Source of the DNA: Balanoglossus misakiensis
Taxonomy: Eukaryota > Animalia > Hemichordata
Assembly (NCBI GenBank): GCA_040954595.2
Contig: CM082577.2
Location: 2,995,703-3,059,702, forward strand
DNA: 64,000 nt
Reading direction: 5' to 3'
Below, piece by piece: positions 24,801-36,800 of this stretch. Position 1 is the stretch's first letter; each line of letters begins with the position of its first letter. The notes beneath the pieces were generated by a model. That model worked only from the letters and a program-made list of their open reading frames with translations. It was not told where the DNA came from and did not search any database. The translations under genes and the position numbers were made by a program.

Positions 24801-27800
24801 GTTAAGGCAAAGGTCGACCACTGGAGAAAAGGGGAAAACAGTGTTAAAAGCTCAAGATCATGTCATTGTCATCATGATTACATCTGTTAAAATTAAGACA
24901 TGATAGATGTTAACACCATACCTGTTTCACAGTTTGTTCCCGCGTATCCCTGAAGACACGTGCATGTATAATAGTCGTAGAAGTTATTACAGCTGCCGCC
25001 ATTGCCGCACGGATTTCCCACGCATGCGTCGATTGCTGTCGAGGAGTCAGAAGAAAGCAATGATTGGATGTTTCAAAAATTTGTATTAAATCATCAGTGG
25101 GGACAGGTCAGTAAAGTACGGCAGATGTTTATCTGGATGACATGCCGTGTGACCATTTCCACTTTGTTTTAAAACGATATTTCCTCTGTGTTTTAATATT
25201 TGTGATATGGCAAATGCAGAAAAGGGGTCAAAACTGCAGCATACTTACGGACTGAACAGGTTGGGCCACCCCAGCCTACTGTGCATGCGCAGGAGTATGA
25301 CGTGTAGAGGTTATTGCAAATGCCGCCATTAATACAGGGGCTGCTCAGACATGGATTCATTTCTGGAGAGAAAAAAAACGATGAAATAAAGCGTTGATGT
25401 CATTTCTGGAGAAAAATGTGTATTCTGAAAACTCCGATTGGTTGATATCAAGCATGATGTATGCAAAGTGGAAGAAATGAATGCGAGAACGAAACAGTTA
25501 CTGACCGTTGTCACAGTTACTGCCTGTCCAGCCGGGTGTACATTGGCATTCGTAGTAAGAGTAATAGTTGATGCAACTTCCGCCGTTTCTGCAGGGAGTC
25601 GTCGCGCATGCGTCAACGGCTGTTGGCAAATCGTAGAGAAAGGAGAGTTAAAGACTGCGATGCATCGCATACACACTGATGGAAAGTAGAATTGTATCGG
25701 TCAGAAGAGAGATAAAGTCGATCGAATCCGTGAAGAGTCTCGGTGATGGGCGAACTAGAGATGCGACAGACCACTAACAAAATCACGCATGGCAGGTTAA
25801 TTGCTAACGCAACATCATTTTTTTAATAGTTCGATGAAGATCAAAACAGGCTTCTAACAACCAAACGTAGACTCACCAACTTCACAAGTCGGACCAGTCC
25901 ATGCAGTACTACAGGTACACGTATGGTGGGTACGGTAGTTGGTACAACTGCCGCCGTTTTTGCAGGGGTAACTGGTGCAGGGATTCATTTCTTGAAGAAA
26001 ACGAACACATGACAATTAATCGATGTACAATTGATGGCAATATTACCAATTGGAAGCTTATTTTTAAAGAAACGTAACACAGTACTGCGCATGTTCTACA
26101 TGTCTAACCACAGTGCAAGAAACAATAGATCGTACTATGCGACTTGCTCATAATCACCAGTACTGCGCAGACACGAATACGTATGAGACAGAACTAAAAC
26201 TACAGGTTCAGAACAGTCAATTCACCTACCTGTCGCACACGTGCTTCCAGTCCATCCATCCACACACTGACATGTGAAGTACGTCTGGTGGTTTGTACAC
26301 TGGCCGCCGTTCAGACAAGGATTCTCAATGCAAAGATCAATGGCTGTGACAATTAAAAAATCATTAATTCTACAAGAACACATACGTACTTTCCGGAATA
26401 ATTACAACATTAAATATAAACCAAGGTTTGCGAAGATGACCAAGTCTTAAACAATACGCGGTAAATAATACATGCATTTCATAATTAGCAATTCGTATGT
26501 TTCCGTTTGCTTACCGATCCCACAATTGTCTCCAGTCCAACCGCCTTGACAGAAACACGCGTAGTACGTTGCAAAATTTGTGCAGATGCCGCCATTGAGA
26601 CACGGATCGGGACTGCACAGGTTGATGACGATGCCACAGCTGGTTCCAGTAAATCCTGGCAAACACGTGCACGTGTAGTAGGATCCGAAGTTCTGACAGG
26701 TACCGCCGTTGAAGCAAGGATTGGCCAGACACAGGTCGATCTCTGGTTGGCCAAAGAAGAAATCACGTTACGGTCACGTGGAATTTGTAGTCGACACGAT
26801 CTTGAAACACATGAACATAATACGACAATTCTGAAGTTAGAAATGCAAAGAAATACTAAGCAATCGCAACTTACCGTTGCCACAGTTTCCGCCGTTGTAA
26901 CCGGCTGCACAGTCACAAGTGTAGTACGTGTATCGGTTAATACACTGACCGTTGTTGAGGCACGGTGCGCTTAGGCAGGGGTTCATTTCTGCAAGAATGG
27001 ACACAAAAATTGACAAAAGATATTTATTGCATACTTTAAAACCAGCTGCATGTACATTGTAGCATATCCTGTAAAAGAACATGTACAGTTGTTTGTGAGA
27101 AGTATTTATTTAAAAATATATTTGTTCACCTGTTTCACAATTGGCACCACCCCATCCTGCCTGACACTGGCATGTGTAATACGTATAGTAATTTGAACAC
27201 TGGCCTCCGTTGAGACACGGGTCATTTCTGCATGGATTCAATTCTGGGAAGCATCAGAAAAAGAACAAAAACGAGTTATGTTAGTGTGCCGTTAGAAACG
27301 CCTTGTTACAATAATTGTATCTGTAGCAAAGAACACTGCCAACACATTTCAATGTTATTGTTCGTCAAAAGCTTTTGTGGGAGGGTAACTTACCATTCTC
27401 ACAGTTGACTCCGCCCCACCCAATCAGACACTGACAAGTGTAGTAGTCATAGTAATTGATACAGTTGCCGCCATTTTGACATGGGCTGTTCACGCAAGCA
27501 TCGACCACTGTTGGAAAATTCAGATAAAAGTTAAAGTTTTGCCTTCGGGCAAATGTCGTCCCCCCGGATGGTCATTGATTTGGTGTGGCTACAATTGTTC
27601 ATCGAAGATAAACAAGAGGGAGTCTCGTAACACTTACTGCATACCCGGTTACAAGTTCTAGCATGAAATAAATAACCACTATGTGCTAAAATCGCCCAAG
27701 GACAACACCAACAGGCTTACCTTCAGTACAGTATGGACCACTCCACTCCTTCGGACAACTACAAGTATAGTATGTCAAGAAGTTGTTACACTGGCCGCCA

Positions 27801-30800
27801 TTCTGGCAGGGGTAACTGAAACACGGATTTGCTTCTGCAAGAGGAAAGGTAATAAAACACTTTGTCAGATTCTAAAAAGTCTTATTCTAGCGCGTTAACG
27901 TATACAATTATACTAGTCCGATTGCCTGAACGATGGTCTGATTTCTTGTGGCCATATGATATAGTGCTGACACAATACAACCCAATTTGTGATCTGTTTT
28001 ATATTGTTGCATCTACCTTAATTCAGTTCAAATGGTACAAGTGGAATTTTACCTTGGTCACAGTTTGTTCCCGTCCATCCACTTGGACAAGTACACGTGT
28101 AATACGTGTAGAAATTTCTACAACCTCCGCCATTCAAACAAGGGTTACTCTGACACGGATTCAGTTCTGAAAGAGAAGACATTTCAAAATGATATCAGAA
28201 AAATGAATCATTATGCATACAACCAAAATTCGACGAAGCCTGTGGTCTAAACAAACAGAACCGATATTCTTACCTATTTCGCAGTTTTGACCTCCCCATC
28301 CCCGTGCGCATGTGCAGGTGTAGTAGGTGTAATAGTTGTTGCAAACTCCGCCGTTGAGGCATGGCTGATCAGCACACAAGTTAACCTCTGTAAGAACGGT
28401 TAGAAGCCTAGTGAAGTCAAACTAACAGTCTGAGAGCACCACTCACTTAAATATGATCAACATTCAAATTCTGATATATTCCCGCAATGTTGATGTTTTA
28501 TTTTCATGGACAACATATACTACGGTTGGCATGCTGTATGAGACAACACGACGGAACACACAGGGTACATACCTATATCACAGTGAACTCCAGTGAACTG
28601 GCTTGTACAGTAACACGTGTACTTGTTGTGTTCGTTCATGCAAGTACCCCCGTTCCTGCACGGATTGCTTGCACACTCGTTGATATCTGGAAGAAGAACA
28701 CACAAATATTAATGCATCATTACATGGAATATAAGGTATCGACTATTTGTACATACACTACTCTTACATGCGTATTACTATCTGCAATTTGACATTCTTC
28801 CCAACCGGAAAGATCGAAGAGCAGACAATGTCGGGAATGCATCGATTACTAACCTGTGTCGCAGTTGATTCCTGTCCAACCCGCCGTACATGCGCAAAGA
28901 TAACTGTTCTGGAGATTTGTACAAACAGCCCCGTTGAGACATGGTTGGTTTGAACACTCGTCAAAATCTGTAATGTGATGAACAACACGTTTAATAGGAT
29001 TCAGAATAGCTGCGTTAGAGGTTAGACATTTGTATGTTTAGCTCCAAGGTACATGCACATCCATGCCGCACAGAATTAATAATATTGTACTAAAGTGCGC
29101 GCTATACATTGTGAAATCAACTATACACGAACAACTGAAGTTTCCTTTACCTAGTTCACAATTGGTCCCAGTCCAACCAGGTACACATCTACATGTATAG
29201 TGGGTATGGTGATTGACACAGGTGGCGCCATTCACACATGGATTGTCAGCACACTTGTCAATTTCTACAACCAAATTGAAGCAGAGATTATTATCAATAC
29301 GTTGTGCTTGCTTTTGTAAAACTGTTATGGAAAGGGGCAGATGCTGTTTCCAGTACTCCCACTTGACACCATCAGGAATTTTTTTCAAAGAGTTCGTCAA
29401 TTGTCTTACCTGTCTCGCAGTCTTGTCCAGTGTATTGGTAGGTACAGGTGCATGCATAACGACTTGGTGGCACAAGGTTGTAGCAGGTGCCTCCATTCAT
29501 GCATGGTGGATTGAAACACTCATCGATGTCTGTTTCACAGTTGGTGCCCGTCCATCCAAGATGGCAGACACAGCGGTAGTCATTCTGAAGGTCGATGCAC
29601 GTCGCCCCATTCCTGCACGGCACGGTGGCACACTCGTCGGTGTCCACTTGGCAGTTGATGCCGTGCCAGCCAGCGGGGCACTGGCACGTGTAGCCGTTGA
29701 CCCGGTCGGTACAGACACCGCCGTTCAGGCAGGGGTTAGCGGCACACTCGTCTATGTCGATTTGGCAGTTCAGTCCCGTGTAACCGGGCGCGCAGGTACA
29801 ACTGTAGGCGGCCTCCAAGTCAACACAGGTTGCTCCGTTCAAGCAGGGACTGCTGCGGCACTCGTCGGTTGAGGTCTCACAGTTGACGCCAGCCCATCCT
29901 GCTGCACACGAACACTGGTAGGCATTGAAGAGATTGATACAGGTTGCCCCATTCAAACATGGAGACAAAGAGCACTCGTCAAAGTCAAGGTCACAATCTG
30001 TACCAGTCCAGCCCGGGGCACAGTTGCAAGTGTAAGCGTTGACGTGGTCCCGACAAACACCTCCATTTTGACAAGGGTTGCTGGCACACTCATCAACGTT
30101 GGTCTGGCAGTTTTCACCTGTCCAACCAAGCAAGCAAGTGCAAACATACCTTCCGACGTAATCATTGCAGGTGCCACCATTCAGGCAAGGACTACTGGAG
30201 CATTCATCTATTTCGATCTCACAGTTGAAACCCCGCCACCCTGTTGCGCAGGTACAGGAGTAGGAGTTTTGCAGATTGTTGCAGAAGCCTCCGTTCAGGC
30301 AAGGTGAGCTGTAACACTCGTCAAAGTCGATGCCACAGTTGTGGCCAATCCAGCCAGCAACACAGCTGCAGGTGTAAGAGTTGATATTGTCGAGGCAAGC
30401 ACCCCCATTCAAACATGGTGAGCTCGCACACTCATCAATATCTGAAAATAATTAGACAAATGTTATTAAGTATGTATATCAGATTGACATTTTGTTTAAT
30501 TCTATCAAGATATGTCTTTTAGCACTTTTATGTCTTACCTATTTCACAGTTTGAACCAGTCCATCCTTGGAGACACTGGCAGGTATATCGGTTAATTCCA
30601 TCGATGCAAATACCACCGTTGACACATGGATTGTTCAGACACTCGTCAACATCTGGAAAAGTAAGGGCATGGTTGAAAGATTCAATACAACAATGTTAAG
30701 TTCGATGACCACCTTTAAAAGGCAGAGACATTTACAATAAAAATTGACCAAATGATTGAGCATATATATTAGTGGCATGACTTCCACTTACTTGTTTGAC

Positions 30801-33800
30801 AGTTAAGGCCCGTGAAACCAGGAAGACAATTACAGGTGTATCCAGTCAAACCATCGACACAGATGGCACCATTGAGGCATGGAGCAACAGCACAGAAGTC
30901 AAAATCTGAAAGCGAGAAAAGTATTAACACAATAAATTACTCAATGATGCTATATGTTTTAATTTTGCTTACTCATTCCCATTTCAAATATATGTAGTGG
31001 TCTCCAGCCATGGTTCATAAACTCATTATAACTGCACACACTTACCAATTTCACAATTTGTGCCAACCCATCCCAAGGGACAGTCACATCTGTAGGCATT
31101 GAGCATGTTATGGCAAGTTCCACCATTTTGGCAGGGACCGGTAGCACATTCATCCACATCGATTTCACAGTTGACTCCCTGCCAACCAGGTGTGCATGTA
31201 CAGGTGTACATATTGATTAAGTCCATGCATTCCCCTCCATTCCAACAGGGACTGCTGGCGCATTCATTGATCTCGGAATCACAGTTGATACCAACCCATC
31301 CCGGAGCGCAGTCACATCTGTAGGAGTTTACCAGGTCAATGCAGGTTCCACCATTTGAGCAAGGGCTGCTGATACACTCGTTGAAATCGACGCCGCAATT
31401 GGAACCTATCCAACCTTGCACACACGAGCACGTGTAACCATCGATGCCATCAGTACACACGCCACCATTCAGGCACGGATTGCTCGCGCACTCGTTGATG
31501 TTGATCTCGCAGCGCAGGCCAGTCCATCCGGACGCACACGTACAGGTGTACCCGTTGATACTGTCAGCACACACACCTCCATTAAGACACGGGTTACTGG
31601 AGCACTCATCAATGTCTGTTCCACAGAGTGAGCCGGTCCACCCTGGTAAGCATATGCACGTGTACCCAGCAACGGAATCGCTACAGATTGCACCGTTTAG
31701 GCAAGGATTACTGGCGCATTCATTGACATTGGTGTCACAATGAACACCAGCCCAGCCCGCCAGACAGTCACAGGTGTAGCCGTTAACAATGTCTCTGCAA
31801 GTCCCACCATTTACACATGGACCACTGACGCACTCGTCAATGTTTGTCTCACAGTGAGCACCGTTCCATCCTGGTACGCAGACACAAGCATAACCATTCA
31901 CGGCATCTTCACAAAGTCCACCATTCAGACAAGGACTGCTGGCGCATTCATCGATATTGATCTGACAGAAATCACCAGTCCACCCAGCAACACAGGTACA
32001 CGTATAACCATTGATCGCATCGAGGCAGGATCCACCATTCAGACAAGGGGCGCTGGCACACTCATCAATGTTGACTTGGCAGAAATCGCCCTCCCAACCA
32101 AGCGCACAGACACACGTGTAGCCATTGACTGAATCAATACATAAACCACCATTGCGACAGGGGCTACTTGCACATTCGTTGATGTTGATTTCGCAATATA
32201 TCCCCATCCAACCGGCACTGCAGCTGCAGGTGTATCCATTCACCCCATCTTGGCAGATGGCTCCATTCAGACAGGGATTGCTGGCGCATTCATTAATGTT
32301 GATCTGACAGAAGTCGCCGTTCCAACCAGGCAGGCAAGTACACGTGTATCCATTGATGGCATCGATGCAGTTTCCGCCATTGAGACAAGGGCTGCTGGCA
32401 CACTCGTTGATGTTGATCTGACAGAAATCCCCAGTCCAACCAGCAACGCAGTTACATGTGTAGCCATTAATGCCGTCCAAACAGTTGCCACCATTCTGAC
32501 AGGGACTACTGAAGCATTCATTGACATTTATTGCACATACATCACCGGTCCAGCCTGGCAAGCAATTGCAGGTGAAGGCATTTACACCATCTATGCAGGA
32601 CCCACCATTCAGACACGGGTTATTGGCACACTCGTCGATGTTGATTTGGCAGTGCAGACCACTCCAGCCTGCTAGGCAGGTACAAGTGTAACCATTGATT
32701 CCGTCCACACAGTTGCCGCCATTCTGACAAGGGTTGCTGGCACACTCGTTGAAATTTATCTGACAGAAGTCGCCCATCCAACCAGGGAGGCATGAGCACA
32801 TGTAACCGTTAACTAAATCTGCACAGGTACCGCCGTTCTGGCACGGGTTGCTGGCGCACTCGTCAAAGTTGATCTGGCAAAACTCTCCAATCCAGCCAGT
32901 GATGCACGTGCAAAGGTATCCATTGACACCATCAGCACAGGTAGCGCCGTTTAGACACGGGTTGCTGGCACATTCATCAAAGTTGATTTGACAGAAGTCA
33001 CCGGTCCAGCCAGCGATACAAGCACACGTGTAACCATTGATTGAATCCATGCATGTACCTCCTTTCTGGCAAGGGTTACTGGCACACTCATCAAAGTTTA
33101 CATGACAGAACTCACCGACCCATCCTGCCAGACAGGTACATGTGTAGCCATTAATCGAGTCAGAACAGGTTCCTCCATTCTGGCACGGGTTGCTGGCGCA
33201 TTCATCGAAGTTTATGTGGCAGAATTCTCCAATCCACCCAAAGGCACATGAACACATGTAGCCATTGATAGCATCGGTGCAGGTACCGCCATTTTGGCAT
33301 GGATTGCTGGCACACTCATCAAAGTTAATTTGGCAGAAGTCGCCAATCCAACCAGCATTGCAGGAACAGGTGAAGCCATTGATGCCATCAGTACAGACGC
33401 CGCCATTTTGACAAGGATTGCTTCCACATTCGTTGAAGTTTATATGACAGAAGGCACCGACCCATCCTGCCAGACACGAGCAAGAGTAGCCATTGACCAA
33501 ATCAGAACACGTGCCTCCATTCTGACAAGGGTTGCTTGCACATTCATCGAAGTTGATGTGACAGAACTCGCCGATCCATCCCGGGACGCATGAACACGAA
33601 TAACGGTTGATCAGGTCTGTGCAGGTGCCGCCATTTTGACAGGGGTTGCTTGCACACTCATCGAAATTGATCTGGCAGGTATGTCCAACCCATCCTGCAA
33701 GACACTCACAGGTATAGCCATTGATTGAGTCGACGCAGTTAGCACCATTCTGGCAAGGGTTGCTGGCGCACTCGTCGAAGTTGATGTGACAGAAGTCTCC

Positions 33801-36800
33801 GATCCAGCCGGCAAGACAGTTACAGGTGTGGCTGTTGATTCCATCGATGCAGGTACCACCATTGCGACAGGGATCGGAAGCGCATTCGTTGATGTTGATT
33901 TGACAGTAGTCACCAGTCCACCCTGGGAGGCAGACACAAGTGTAGCCATTTATACCATCAAGGCAGTTGCCTCCATTCTCACAGGGGGAGCTTGCACACT
34001 CGTTTACATTGATCTGGCAGAAGACACCTGTCCAACCGAGCGCACAGGTGCAGGTGTAACCATTGACAGCATCGGCACAGGTACCACCATTCAGGCAAGG
34101 GTTGGAGGCACACTCGTTGATGTTGATCTCACAAATGTTTCCAGTCCAACCAAGCAGACATGCGCACTGGAAACCGTTGATCAGATCGGTACAAGTACCA
34201 CCATTCAAGCATGGATTTACAGCACACTCGTCGATGTTAATCTGACAGAAATCACCTGCCCAGCCAGGCATACATGTACACGTGTAGCCGTTTACTGCGT
34301 CTACACAAGTACCACCGTTGAAACAAGGACTACTAGCGCATTCATCAATGTTGATCTGACAGAAAACGCCCGTCCATCCTAAATCACAGGCGCACGTGTA
34401 ACCATTGATACCGTCCAGACAGGTTCCACCATTCTGACAAGGGCCGCTCGCACACTCATCGATGTTGATTTCGCAAACGTTGCCAGTCCAACCAAGGAGA
34501 CAGGAACATTGGTAGCCATTGATCAGATCGGTACACACGCCACCATTCAAGCATGGATTTACGGCACACTCATCGATGTTGATCTGACAGAAATCACCTG
34601 CCCAGCCAGGCATACATGTACAAGAGTAACTATTCACCGCGTCCACGCATGTAGCACCATTTAAACAAGGACTACTAGCACACTCGTTGATGTTGATCTG
34701 ACAGAAGACGCCCATCCATCCTAAGACGCATGTGCACGTATAGCCGTTGATTCCGTCGAGACAGGTACCACCATTTTGACAAGGATTGGAGGCACACTCG
34801 TTGATGTTGATTTGACAGGTATCACCAGTCCATCCGAGTAGACATGCGCACTGGAAACCGTTGACCAGATCGGTACAAGTACCACCATTCAAGCATGGAT
34901 TTACAGCACACTCGTCAATATTGATCTGACAGAAATCACCCGTCCAACCAGGCATACATGTGCAAGTGTAGCCATTTACTGCATCAACACAGGAACCACC
35001 ATTTAAACAAGGACTACTAGCACACTCGTTGATATTAATCTCGCAGAAGACACCAGTCCAACCCAAGACACAACTACACGTATAACCATTGATACCATCA
35101 AGACATGTGCCACCATTTTGACAAGGATTTGAAGCACATTCGTTGATGTTGATCTCACAAACGTTTCCGGTCCAACCAAGCAGACATGCGCACTGGAAAG
35201 CATTGACCAGATCAGTACAAGTACCACCATTCAAGCATGGATTTCCGGCACATTCATCGATGTTGATCTGACAGAAATCACCTGCCCAGCCAGGCATACA
35301 TGTACACGTGTAGCCGTTAACTGCATCTACACATGTACCACCATTCAAACAGGGACTACTAGCACACTCGTTGATGTTGATCTGACAGAAAACCCCCGTC
35401 CACCCCAGGAGGCAGGCGCACGTGTAGCCATTAATTCCATCGAGACAGGCGCCGCCATTCTGACAGGGATTCGAGGCGCATTCATTGATGTTGATTTCAC
35501 AGAAGTCCCCCGTCCAACCCAGAACGCAGTTGCAGGTGTAAGCGTTAATTGCGTCAAAGCAGGTACCACCATTCTGACAGGGACTACTAGCACATTCGTC
35601 GATGTTGATCTCGCACATATCACCAGTCCATCCAGGAACACAATTGCAAGTGTATCCGTTGATCAGGTCGATGCAGGTGCCACCATTCACACAAGGAGCG
35701 CTCAAACACTCGTTGATATCTGAAAAATATACCAACAATAAAATAAAATCATGATTAAAACTACAATCACAGTTGAAGATTTAACACTCGTGTGAGTCCT
35801 GTGTTTTTATGTACCTTCCAAACTTTTAATCATTTGTAGGAAGTTATAACAATGACCCCCAGCGATGTTTGGGAGATATTTATGTCACCCTGTCCACATT
35901 TTATAATGAGGTTGATCAGGTAAATGTGGTTCTGTCGAACCAGACTGCGGAAACTCACCGATTTCACAGAAGGTCCCGGTGAAGCCAGGAGCACAGATAC
36001 AAGAACAGCGGTTGATACCGTCGACACAAGTTGCGTCATTCAAACAAGGATCGCTGGAACATTCGTCGAAATCTGTAAAGGGGAAATTTCACAGGAACAT
36101 AATATGTATTGCCCCTATAGTAGTTATCTTGGGTAGAAATATTGACAGCTTACGGTGTAGTTGTTCTCATGTCATGTGTATAAAAACGCCGAAGGACCCA
36201 AGGATACAATAGTGTTGATAGGGATTTTTATTTAGGTTTTCCACTTACTTATTTCACATCTAGTCCCAACCCACCCTGGGACACATTCACAGGAAAAGGC
36301 GTTCAGGAGATTGCTACAGGTTCCGCCATTCTCACAAGGATTGCTGTCACATTCATTGATGTCTACAAAATTGGAACACAAAAGAAGAAATGTTAGAGCG
36401 TTTGTATTGAATGGTCTATGGATAAAAAGGGTCATGCTCACCTTTTTATAGGTGAACAGGTCTAATTCTTGTAGATGGAATTTATAAGTAATTGTTCCCT
36501 ACCCGACCTTTACAGCCTAAAGGTTCAGAAAAATACTCACCTACACACGTATATGTGAAGGGTTCATCAATACATCGATAACCAGGTTGACACGGATTAC
36601 TTGCGCATTCGTCGGCATCTGAAATCAAAATCAAAATACGCACTCAGTCAGTCTACTTATCAAAGCCATTAAATGGGTATATTTAAGTAGATAACTCAGA
36701 TATGATTGTTCGTTTCCTTTCTCAATACCTGCCTTTATAGTGGAAGAAAATTAAAATTGACTTACCCACTTCAAAAGTTATGTTGAAACCTTGAAAGAGA

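Noticed and set aside
29213-35641. Many plus-strand and alternative-frame ORFs over the large EGF exons
   Set aside because: Antisense/frame shadows of repetitive coding sequence with no independent domain signal.
31046-35719. CRISPR-like or satellite array
   Set aside because: The 114-bp periodicity is an open, protein-coding EGF repeat with no repeat-spacer structure.
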